A DNA stretch of 64,000 nucleotides from positions 1,083,039 to 1,147,038 of the forward strand of contig CAVVLV010000001.1 in assembly GCA_963749235.1 (NCBI GenBank), read 5' to 3'. This document shows, piece after piece, positions 9,239 to 17,922 of this stretch (its first letter is position 1; the number at the start of each line of letters is the position of its first letter). The notes beneath the pieces were generated by a model that made no database searches, was not told the DNA's origin, and saw nothing but the letters and a program-made list of their open reading frames with translations. The stretch comes from an uncultured Thermoplasmata archaeon (lineage in GTDB: Archaea; Thermoplasmatota; Thermoplasmata; Lutacidiplasmatales; UBA184). The translations under genes were made by a program, and so were the position numbers.

Positions 9239-10114
9239 CTAGGTGAACTCTTCCCGCTCGAAGAGCCAAAGCCCGGCGAGTGCGGTGAGCACGAAGTACC
9301 CGATCATGATGACGAATCCCTCCAGATAGGTGGGGGAGTACACGGTTTCGGTGATGCTTCCGCCGGGGGCACGGGTCGTGACGGAGGCGACGTGCTCCGG
9401 TAGGGTGGAGAGGAAGGGATAGCCGATCACTTGGTCGGCGTAGGTGATGATGAACCAGGGTTCGATCTTGACGAGGTCGGTGATGACCCCCTGGATCAGG
9501 GAGAACCCGAAGAGGAAGAGCACCGCCACCACGAGGACCGCATAGAGACTGTTCTTGAACAACGAGCTGAACAGGAAGACCGAACCGAGGAGGGCGAAGA
9601 GGTAGAGGAGGGAAATGAGGAACGACTCCCCGAGCGCGAGGGGGAACGCATTCGCGTGGAGGTAGTACGCCCCGTTCGCGAGGAGGATCGCGAGGTAGAA
9701 GAACACGGCCACGAGCGACGCGGCGAGGGCGGCGAGGAATTTTCCCGTGTACACCGTCGCGCGCTTGATCGGGAGCCCCATGAGGAAGTACCCGGTCTTG
9801 TTCTGGAACTCGCCGGCGATCGCGTCGCCGCCGAAGATGATCCCGGCGAAAATGATCACGATGGTGACCCCGCCCGCCCACGCCGACCCGTAGAACGAGT
9901 CCCCGCTGGCGAGAAGGCCCTGGACCGGAGCCGAGGAGTGGAAGTACGCAAGGACGAACGACAGGATCGCTCCGATCACCGCGACGATGATCATCATCAG
10001 GACGAACCGTCGCGAGCGGAGATAGTCCCGGAACTGGTAGCGCGAGAGGAGCAGGGCTTGGGTGGCCGTGCCCGGGACACGTCCGATCGCCGGGGCGGAG
10101 GGGGTCGCCGTCAC
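9239..10114 (-). CDS. ABC-2 type transporter permease
   Basis: ORF 9239..10114 has about 6 predicted TM helices. It is translationally coupled to the upstream ABC ATPase, whose stop at 10111 overlaps this start. Confidence 0.7.
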   Translation of the reverse strand: MTATPSAPAIGRVPGTATQALLLSRYQFRDYLRSRRFVLMMIIVAVIGAILSFVLAYFHSSAPVQGLLASGDSFYGSAWAGGVTIVIIFAGIIFGGDAIAGEFQNKTGYFLMGLPIKRATVYTGKFLAALAASLVAVFFYLAILLANGAYYLHANAFPLALGESFLISLLYLFALLGSVFLFSSLFKNSLYAVLVVAVLFLFGFSLIQGVITDLVKIEPWFIITYADQVIGYPFLSTLPEHVASVTTRAPGGSITETVYSPTYLEGFVIMIGYFVLTALAGLWLFEREEFT

Positions 10115-11060
10115 TGGTCCCCCTTGGAGATCTCTTGCAAGTAGACCTCCTCGAGCGCGCTCCGCGAGGGCTGGAAGCTGACCAGTCCAAGGTGAGCCGC
10201 GACCAGGCCCTCCAGGACCTGGGCGTGGGCGGCGGGACCGCCCGCGATCATCGCCGTGAGCCGCTGAGCGTCGACCCGCGAAACGCCGGTAACCCCGGGC
10301 AGGGTGGCGATCCGAGTGCCGATGGCCTCATCGGGGACGGGGCCGACGAACGCGAGGTCGACCGATGTGACTCCCGTGCCGAGCCGTTTCGTCACGTTGG
10401 AGAGGGTGTCGTAGAAGAGGAGCTTCCCGTGGTTGATGAGGGCGACCTCATCGCAGACGTCAATCACCTCGCTCAGGATGTGGCTGCTCATGAAGATCAG
10501 CCGGTGACCCTTCTTGAGACCCCGCACGATGTCCCGCACCTCGGCCATGCCGCGCGGGTCGAGGCCGGTGCTCGGTTCGTCGAGCAGGACCACTTCGGGG
10601 TCCGAGAGGAGCGAGGCCGCGATGTTCACCCGCTGCTTCATACCCTTCGAGAACCGACCGACCTTCTGGTCGACCCATTCCTCCATCTTGACCTCCGCGA
10701 GCGTCTCCGTCGGTACGGCGCCGAATCTCCGCCGTGGTCATCCCTCGCAGGGCGCCCGACGAGTTCGAGCGCCTCCCGCGGGGTCAGGGAGCCGTAGATC
10801 TCGGGAGTTTCGATCAGGTCCCCGCACGAGGACAGCGCCCGCTTGCGGTCCTTCTGGACGGAGAGCCCGTTGATGAACGCCTCCCCCGAGGTGGGAAAGA
10901 TCAGGTCGGTGAACATCTTCAGCGCGGTCGTCTTACCCGCGCCGTTCGGACCGAGGAACCCGACGCACTTCGAGCCTTCCACGTGAAGGTCGAGGTGGTC
11001 GAGCGCGGTGAACGTCCCGAAACGGCGAGTCAGTTGGCGCGCTTCGATGCTGGGACTCAT
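10111..11060 (-). CDS. ABC transporter ATP-binding protein, interrupted by two 1-nt insertions
   Basis: The gene is spread over three frames. ORF 10638..11090 has Walker A (GPNGAGKT). ORF 10460..10741 reads MTTAEIRRRTD. ORF 10111..10686 has the signature FSKGMKQRV and Walker B LLDEPSTGLD. The switches are at the G/C runs 10750-10752 and 10707-10708. Confidence 0.85.
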
Positions 11061-11164
11061 GGGGACCGTCGGCGCAAGATGGGCGGGCACGCCTCGTGCC
11101 GCTCAAAAGTGGTTCGCTCGACGTGTCACCCCTTCGCAGGCGGGACTCCTCGTGGGGTCGGATG

Positions 11165-13277
11165 TCACGTCGCCGCGACCGGGGCCGAGGCGCGGGGGGC
11201 GGGTCGGGAATGGATCGACCACCGCAGCCCGAGAGAGGCCAGGACGACCGTCGTCGAGGAGAGGCCCATCGCCACGGCCCCGGCGATCGGTAGGATCTGA
11301 TACACCCGGAACCCCCACAGGGGTACCAAGGCACCGGCGGCGATCGGGAGCAACACGAGCGTTGTACCCCAACGCCCAGGTAAGGTTCCACCGGACCCGG
11401 GCGACCGTCTTCCGGGCGATCTCGAATGTTCTCGGCACGGCCCGAAGGTCGGGACGAACGAGTAGGACCTGCCCCGCCTCCTTGGCGACATCCGTCCCGG
11501 TTCCGATCGCGAGACCGACGTCCGCCGTCGCCAGCGCAGCCGCGTCGTTGATGCCATCTCCGACGAACGCGACCCGTTGGCCGGCCTGGGTCGTTCGTCG
11601 GATCAAGTCGACCTTGGCCTCCGGCCGGACCCCGGCTTCGACGCGTGCGATCCCCAGCGAGCGAGCCACGGCCTCGGCGGCCGTCCGACGGTCGCCGGTG
11701 ACCATCACGACCGGGATCCCGAGGTCGCGGAGGGCCCGCATCGCCTCCGCCGCACCCACGGCGAGCCGGGCCCGGAATACCAGAATCCCGACGGCGCGTC
11801 CTTGGGTGACCACCACGGACCAACCCGCTCCGGCGGCGTCGGCCCGCTCCGCGGCCGATGACAGGGCCCCGAGCTCGACACCGTCGCGACGGGACGTCTC
11901 TCCGTCCAGGATCGCAACCGATGCGTCGCCGACCCTTCCTCGGACGCCCCGCCCCGGATCGATCGATGCGTCCTCGACGTCCGCAAACGGGACGCTCGCA
12001 TCTCGGGCCATCTGACGCACCGCCCGGGCGAGCACATGTTCGGAGCCTCGCTCGAGTCCGGCCGCGAGCGCAAGGACCGACCCGGTGGTTTCGCCGGGGG
12101 ACGGGAAGACTTCGACGTCCGAGGAGGTGAGACTCGTGAGCGTGCCGGTCTTGTCCATCAGCACGACGTTCGCGCGGGCCGCTCGCTCGAGGGCATCGCC
12201 TCCGCGGTAGAGGATCCCCTCACCCGCCGCTTCTCCCACTCCGACCGCGATCGCGGCCGGGGTCGCGATCCCAAAGGCGCACGGGCACGCCGTGATGACG
12301 ACCGTAACAAAGATCAAGAGTGCGACGGGCCCGCTCGCCCCTCCCCACAGGAACCACGCGAGGCCGGCCGCCACCGAGAGCGCCAGGACCACCGGGACGA
12401 AGACGGCCGCAATGCGGTCCGCCGTCTTCCTCAGGGGGACCCGGGCCGACTCGGCGTCCGTGAGGAGCCGACCGATCTGGGCGACAAAGGAGTCGTACGG
12501 GGAACCGGTCACCTCGACATCCAACGGCCCGGGGCCATTCAGGGAACCGGCGAGAACGGAGTCGGACCGTCCCTTGGGAACGGGGAGGAGCTCCCCGGTC
12601 AGGATCGACTCCTCGACGGAGGACCTACCGGATCGGACGATCCCGTCCGCCGCGATCCGGGTGCCGGGACGGATACGGACCCGGTCGCCGGGCCGAAGCT
12701 CGTCGACGGGGACGATGCGGACCTCGGCCCCCTCGACCCGTTCGGCCGTGGTCGGAAGGAGGGCGTGCAGGTGATGGAGCGCGCTGCCCGCCCGGTCCCG
12801 CACGAGGCTCTCGATGTAGTTCCCCGTCAGGATCAGCGCTACGATCAGGCTCGACGCATCGAAGTAGTAGGCCGTGGGGAGCGAGCCCGGTCGCACCAGG
12901 GCCCAGACGCTGTAGGCGTAGGCGGTCGTCGTACCGACGGCGATGAGGAGGTCCATGTTCCCGACGCGGCTACGGAGGGAATCCCAGGCTCCCCGGTAGA
13001 ACGGAGCCGCGGCGTACGTTTGCACGATGCCGGCGAGCACCGCGGCGAGCCAGAACGCGGGAGGAGTGGCGAACAGGTACGTCAGTACGACCACGGCGAT
13101 CGCCAACGGCCACGCCACGGCGAGGCGGTAGCGCACTCGTTGGCGCGCGGCCTCCGGGGCGGCGAACGAGTCCCGGCAACCCTCGGAACAAAAGAAGTAG
13201 GTCCGGTTATCCCGGTCCAAGCGGAGCGTCGCGGTGCGCTCGTCTACGAACATCCCGCAGATCGGGTCCGTGGCCAT
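11165..13277 (-). CDS. copA: copper-translocating P1B-type ATPase with an N-terminal TRASH/YHS domain; C-terminal frameshift
   Basis: ORF 11103..13277 has the N-terminal CGMFVD...FFCSEGC (TRASH/YHS) and the motifs TGE, CPC (ITACPCAFG), DKTGT, MVTGD and GDGINDAAAL. The last TM segment (LLPIAAGALVPLWG...) continues in ORF 11165..11557. The switch is at about 11358-11362. Confidence 0.9.
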
Positions 13278-13310
13278 GGCCGGTCTCGGATCCGTGGGGT
13301 GAGGCGCGGT

Positions 13311-13457
13311 CTACTTGGAATCCGGGGTGTGCATGCGCTCGTAGGTGCGCTTGCAGGTCTCGGCGCAGAAGTACAGCTCCTTACCCGCATACGTCCCGCG
13401 CACGGTGGCCGTGGTGGTTTCCACCATCATGCCGCACACCGGGTCCTTGACCTTCAT
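13311..13457 (-). CDS. small TRASH/YHS-domain metal-binding protein (putative copper chaperone)
   Basis: The ATG at 13457 gives 48 aa: MKVKDPVCGMMVETTTATVRGTYAGKELYFCAETCKRTYERMHTPDSK. It shares the CGM...C..C pattern with the N-terminus of the adjacent ATPase. Confidence 0.75.
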   Translation of the reverse strand: MKVKDPVCGMMVETTTATVRGTYAGKELYFCAETCKRTYERMHTPDSK

Positions 13458-13545
13458 CGAGCGACCGAGTCCGTACGGGGATTTAGGCTCGCGCGATGCC
13501 GGGCCGACCGCAACTTCTAAGCCGCGGCCTCCCTGGTTCGCGTCC

Positions 13546-13872
13546 ATGGTGGACGAGCTTACCCCCGAGGAGGTCGCCGAAAAGATGAGGGCACGGCCCT
13601 CCGAATTGGTCCTCCTCGACGTGCGGGAGCCCTGGGAACGGGGGCTCGCGGTCATCGAACCCTCGCTTCACATTCCGATGGGAGAGGTCCCCACGCGAGT
13701 CGCCGAACTGCCGAAGGATCGTCTGATCGTGGTGTACTGCCACGGCGGCATGCGCTCCGCCCTCATCGCCGGGTACCTGGAGGGCCACGGCTTCGCGTCA
13801 GTGGCGAACCTCTCGGGCGGGATCGATGCCTGGTCGACGGACGTCGATCCGAAGGTCCCGAGATACAGCTGA
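13546..13872 (+). CDS. rhodanese-domain sulfurtransferase
   Basis: The ATG at 13546 inside ORF 13345..13872 gives MVDELTPEEV...LLDVREPWE... The active-site loop is VVYCHGGMRSA. Confidence 0.85.
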   Translation: MVDELTPEEVAEKMRARPSELVLLDVREPWERGLAVIEPSLHIPMGEVPTRVAELPKDRLIVVYCHGGMRSALIAGYLEGHGFASVANLSGGIDAWSTDVDPKVPRYS

Positions 13873-14107
13873 CGACCCATTCGTCGTTCCACCGGTGGGG
13901 TTCCCGGGAGCGTGCCCCCAGAGCCGAGAAGTGGCACGAGAGACGAAGGCGAGCCATCCCATCGCTCTCGCCGGGGTCGGCGCGTCGCGCCCGTTCCGAC
14001 CAACCCATACTCGTGGCCCGCCACCTCTCCATGACCGGTCGGACCCGATGGGGCGAAATGGATCGGTCTCGCGAGAGGAGCCTCGTGGCTCACGGGGAGC
14101 TCCTGAC

Positions 14108-15415
14108 ATGACGAACCCTTATGCTGACTACCGGCGTGGTTTCTCCACCGGGATGACGGAGTTCAAGGAATCCGGGCGGATTCGAAGACGACTGGCTTGG
14201 CCCCGACTCCTTCCCCCCGCCCGACTCCTTTGGGTCTCCTTGGCCGTTCTGGGCGGCTACGGGGTCTTCGCCCTACACGGGCTCGGATACTCCCCCCTAC
14301 TGGTCCTGCCGTTGATCGCCGCCCTCGCCGACCTCGGTTTCCAGGCCGCGCGGTTTCCCCGACTCCGATTCCCGGACGCCGCGCTCGCCTCGGGTCTCTT
14401 CCTCGGATTGGTTTTCCCCCCTACCGTCTCGCTCGTCCTCGCGGGGGCCGCGACCTTCGCCGCGATCGGGGTCCGGCATGCCCTCCGATTCGACGGTCAT
14501 CCCCTCCTCAACCCCGCCGTCTCGGGCGTCGTGCTCGCGGCCCTCGCCTTCGGCCTCGCTCCGGCATGGTGGGTCGCGATCGGCCCGGTCGGTGAGTACC
14601 TGGTGGTCGCGTTGGGTCTGTTGATCCTGGTCCGCAGCGCTCGCGGCTGGCGCATCCCGGCGGGCTTCCTCATTGCGTACGGGCTTGCGGCGGCCGCCGC
14701 GCAGCTCCTCGTCCACGCGACCCTCGACACGAACCTGCTCTGGCTCACCATCATCGACCCGGCCGTGGTCTTCTTCGGGCTGTACATGGTCACGGAACCC
14801 CGCACCGCCCCCTCCAATCCGGTCTTCCAGGGGCTCTACGGCGGGGCGGTCGGAGTGGGGGCGATTACCTTCTCGCTCTACCTCCCGTCCCTCGGGGTCC
14901 TGGTCGCCCTCCTCCTCGCCAACGCGGGCGTCGCCGCCGGGCGGGCGGCCCACTCCTACGGGGTTCGCCACCCCCGTCCGTCCGCTTCGAAGATCTCTCG
15001 AAAGTCCCGGAACGCCCCGACGGGTCTTTCCCGTTGGCCGATCCCCGTGCGGGTCGGGGCCGTATTCTTGGTCCTGGTGGTTCTCATCGGTGCGGCCGCC
15101 CTCTCTCCCAACGCCTACCCGCAACCCATCCTCGCGCCGGGCGGCGGGGGCGGGGGGGGCGGCGGAGGAGGCGGTGGCGGCGGAGGGGCCCCGAACTGCG
15201 CCCACGACAACTCGGCCATCTCCGCGAGCACGCTCTCCCAGCTACACCATATGCTGGGTCCGTCGGTCATACTGTCCGACAACCCGAGCACCGGGGTGGT
15301 CGTCTTCTACGACCCGGTGAACCAACTCACCGTCACCGAGTCGGACCTGTACGAGGACTTTGGTTATGCCGAGTTCAACGGGGACGACTACGCCGTGAGC
15401 GGCTGCCATCCGTAA
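14108..15415 (+). CDS. polytopic membrane protein (weak RnfD/NqrB-like core) with a poly-Gly linker and a C-terminal soluble domain
   Basis: The ATG at 14108 lies inside ORF 13826..15415. About 8-9 hydrophobic helices include ...FFGLYMVTEPRTAP... These are followed by 16 consecutive Gly and a ~75-aa Cys-flanked domain (APNCAHD...AVSGCHP). Confidence 0.55.
   Translation: MTNPYADYRRGFSTGMTEFKESGRIRRRLAWPRLLPPARLLWVSLAVLGGYGVFALHGLGYSPLLVLPLIAALADLGFQAARFPRLRFPDAALASGLFLGLVFPPTVSLVLAGAATFAAIGVRHALRFDGHPLLNPAVSGVVLAALAFGLAPAWWVAIGPVGEYLVVALGLLILVRSARGWRIPAGFLIAYGLAAAAAQLLVHATLDTNLLWLTIIDPAVVFFGLYMVTEPRTAPSNPVFQGLYGGAVGVGAITFSLYLPSLGVLVALLLANAGVAAGRAAHSYGVRHPRPSASKISRKSRNAPTGLSRWPIPVRVGAVFLVLVVLIGAAALSPNAYPQPILAPGGGGGGGGGGGGGGGGAPNCAHDNSAISASTLSQLHHMLGPSVILSDNPSTGVVVFYDPVNQLTVTESDLYEDFGYAEFNGDDYAVSGCHP
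15140..15187 (+). repeat. run of 16 consecutive glycine codons (GGN)16, including a G8 homopolymer at 15152-15159
   Basis: Read directly from the sequence: ggc ggc ggg ggc ggg ggg ggc ggc gga gga ggc ggt ggc ggc gga ggg, in frame with the 14108 ORF. Confidence 0.9.
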
Positions 15416-15866
15416 CCGCGCGGGGACCTCGTTTCGGGCTCAAGGGACCCGCCGGGCTCGGGGAGGATGCGTCCTCCTCCGCGACAGCCGGCTCGATAGC
15501 CGGGGTACGTACTCGGGCATCCGACCGGGGCGCGGCTCCCGTACCCGCTCCACCGGGCCGGTCGTACAGTTCCAAGGTCGTCAGGTACCCGTTCATCTTC
15601 CAGTACGTGTCCAGGAACTCCTGCCCGCGGACGGTGACGTCGAACACCGGCCGCCCATCGACCTCCTCGCTCTCGAGAAGGCCCAGCGCCAGGAGACGGT
15701 CCATCAGGATGCGTAGCCGGTCCACCGGCATGCCGGCACCGTAGGAGACCCGGGTGATCCGGGCGCCGCCGTGATAGCGCTTCACGACCTCGAGGACGGT
15801 TGCATACAGGTCGGTCGCCTCCCGCCGACGGCCGCCGGAGTTGGGCCCGCTCCGATCGGGGGTCAT
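15375..15866 (-). CDS. winged helix-turn-helix DNA-binding protein (HTH_45/DUF4364-like)
   Basis: ORF 15375..15866 contains ...LYATVLEVVKRYHGGARITRVSYGAGMPVDRLRILMDRLLALGLLESEEVDGRPVFDVTVRGQEFL... The C-terminal ~70 aa are low-complexity and overlap the convergent gene's end, so the true 3' end is uncertain. Confidence 0.6.
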   Translation of the reverse strand: MTPDRSGPNSGGRRREATDLYATVLEVVKRYHGGARITRVSYGAGMPVDRLRILMDRLLALGLLESEEVDGRPVFDVTVRGQEFLDTYWKMNGYLTTLELYDRPGGAGTGAAPRSDARVRTPAIEPAVAEEDASSPSPAGPLSPKRGPRAVTDGSRSRRSRPR

Positions 15867-15878
15867 TCCATCCCCCGG

Positions 15879-17093
15879 TCAGAGCGGGAAGGGCGGAAGA
15901 GCCGCCACCTTCTGCGGGCTCTTCACCCGGGCGCCCCGGTCGAGGGTCAGGGTTCGGGTGTAGACGACCTCGTCCGCGACGGCCCCTTCGCGGAGGTGCA
16001 CCTCGCCGCCCACGATCTTGCGAGCCTCGCAGTCTCGGTCCAGGTCGATGACGTCCCCGTAGATGTCCTCGACCTTCGCCTTTCGTTCGAGTTCGACCCG
16101 TCCCCCGACCAGCGGGCCCGAGGCGCGGGATCGGTGGCGCAATCGGATCGACGCCGCCTTGAGCCCCGCCCGGGTGGCGACCACACCGCCGATCTCGGCT
16201 TGGCCCGTCAGGATCGCCCGTTCAGCCTCGAACTTTCCGCCGATCTCGAGACGGTCCCCGTGCAGGCTGCCGCGGATCTCCGCCTTGCCGCCGACCTCCA
16301 GGAATCCCGTGAGGTCGAGCGAGCCGCCGACGGAGAACCGTCCGCCGATATGGACGTCACGTCCCTTCCCATTCCCCCGGATGTCCCCCAGGCCGCCGAC
16401 CTCGAGGACGTCAAACGTCAGGTCCTTGCTCGCGGTCAAGACCCCGCCCACGTCGATGGACTTTCCGGTTCCGTTGTCGCGAAACTCGGCGAACCCGCCG
16501 ACCTCGAAATCCCCGAACGTGACCGGGCCCTCGGCCCGGAACTTCCCCCCGACATCGATCTTGTGACGGACCTCTCCGCCTCCGATGCGGACGAGCCCCC
16601 CGACCTCCAGGTCGTCGAGGGAGACCCCCGCGAGCTCCACCGAACCCCCGGCCTCCACCGAGCGGGCCTCGAGTTTGCCGGCGAGTCGGAATTTTCCGCC
16701 GATGGACACCGTGGTCGCAGTGAGGGTCGAGCGTCCGTCGAGGATCCCGCCGACCTCCAGGTCCTCCGTCACCGCCGGTCCGAGCAGGGTCAGCTTCCGG
16801 TCCACGTCGACCGAACGGGCCCGGAAGAGCCCTCCCACCTCCAGCTCGCCGGAATCGGTGCGGACCGAGTCCGCGACCGTGAGGCTGCCGCCGACCCGGA
16901 CCCGGCCGTCCTCGGAGTCCCACGCGTGGCATTCGAGGTCGCCGAGTACCTCGACGTTTCCGCGGAACCGGGCGGTCCCGGTAACGCGGATCGTGCCGTC
17001 GGCTTCGATGGTCGAGTCGTGGTCGACTCGGAGGTCACCGTCCACCGTGCCGAGTTTCACCCGGCTCCCCCGCGGAACGTTCGTGTCGCTCAT
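15879..17093 (-). CDS. bactofilin-like / polymer-forming beta-helix repeat protein
   Basis: ORF 15879..17093 (404 aa) is almost entirely short beta-strand repeats punctuated by (E/D)(V/I)GG turns: LEVGGLF, LEVGGIL, VSIGGKF, VEAGGSV, LEVGGLV, IDVGGKF, FEVGGFA, IDVGGVL, LEVGGLG, VHIGGRF, LEVGGKA, LEIGGKF, AEIGGVV. Confidence 0.6.
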   Translation of the reverse strand: MSDTNVPRGSRVKLGTVDGDLRVDHDSTIEADGTIRVTGTARFRGNVEVLGDLECHAWDSEDGRVRVGGSLTVADSVRTDSGELEVGGLFRARSVDVDRKLTLLGPAVTEDLEVGGILDGRSTLTATTVSIGGKFRLAGKLEARSVEAGGSVELAGVSLDDLEVGGLVRIGGGEVRHKIDVGGKFRAEGPVTFGDFEVGGFAEFRDNGTGKSIDVGGVLTASKDLTFDVLEVGGLGDIRGNGKGRDVHIGGRFSVGGSLDLTGFLEVGGKAEIRGSLHGDRLEIGGKFEAERAILTGQAEIGGVVATRAGLKAASIRLRHRSRASGPLVGGRVELERKAKVEDIYGDVIDLDRDCEARKIVGGEVHLREGAVADEVVYTRTLTLDRGARVKSPQKVAALPPFPL

Positions 17094-17139
17094 CGATAGG
17101 ACAAGGGTACCCCCATTCTATACGGCTAGGTCACGAGGC

Positions 17140-17922
17140 GTGAGTATCCGACGATACCCCCCGGGGACCTTTAGCCGTGTTCCGCTCCCGGCGGTCGTGC
17201 CGGACGCCCTCGAGGAGATCCGCCGAGAAGTGGTCGCCTGCACCCGCTGCCCTCGGTTGGTCACCTACCGGGCTCGGGTCGCGCAGGAGCGGAAGCGAGA
17301 GTTTCGCGGAGAGGAGTATTGGGGTCGGGGCGTGCCCGGGTTCGGCGACCCCCGCGCTCGATTGGTCGTGGTCGGCCTCGCTCCGGCCGCGCACGGGTCG
17401 AACCGCACGGGTCGGGTCTTCACGGGCGACCGTTCCGCCGCCTTTCTGGTACGGGGGTTCTACGAGGCCGGGTTCGCGAACCAACCGACATCCCTCCGGC
17501 GCGGGGATGGGTTGCACTACTCCGACCTCTACTTGACCGCCGCGGTCCGGTGCGCTCCCCCCGGGAACCGGCCCACTCCCGAGGAACGGAGGCACTGTCA
17601 GCCGTATCTCGAGCGGGAGCTACGGGCGCTACCGGAGACCCGCGCGATCCTGGCCCTGGGGGGGTTCGCGTGGGACGCCCTCCGGGAGATCGTGCCCGAC
17701 GTCTACGGGGGTCCTTCCCCCACCGCCGCCTTTGGGCACGGGGCGTGCGCCCCAACCGGTCCCGGAGGACCGCTGTTGTGGGCCTCGTACCACCCGAGCC
17801 CCCAGAACACGAACACCGGAAAGCTCACGCTCCCCATGCTGGTGGGATTGTTGCGTCGGATCCGGGAATCGTACGCCGGCGATCGTCCGGGGTCGCCGTC
17901 GCGATCCGCAGGGAAGAGATGA
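17140..17922 (+). CDS. udg: uracil-DNA glycosylase, family 4/5 (UdgB-like, Fe-S)
   Basis: Shares a frame with ORF 16585..17922, whose first part is antisense to the bactofilin-like gene. Motifs: CTRCPRL, GLAPAAHGSNRTGRVFTGD, HPSPQN. The start is GTG at 17140, about 17 nt after the TATA-like TTCTATAC (17116-17123); GTG at 17197 is an alternative. Confidence 0.8.
   Translation: MSIRRYPPGTFSRVPLPAVVPDALEEIRREVVACTRCPRLVTYRARVAQERKREFRGEEYWGRGVPGFGDPRARLVVVGLAPAAHGSNRTGRVFTGDRSAAFLVRGFYEAGFANQPTSLRRGDGLHYSDLYLTAAVRCAPPGNRPTPEERRHCQPYLERELRALPETRAILALGGFAWDALREIVPDVYGGPSPTAAFGHGACAPTGPGGPLLWASYHPSPQNTNTGKLTLPMLVGLLRRIRESYAGDRPGSPSRSAGKR

Noticed and set aside
15140-15187. The G-rich tract as a non-coding simple-sequence repeat or CRISPR-like element.
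   Set aside because: It is in frame with, and internal to, a long ORF that continues coherently on both sides. It is interpreted as a poly-Gly linker.
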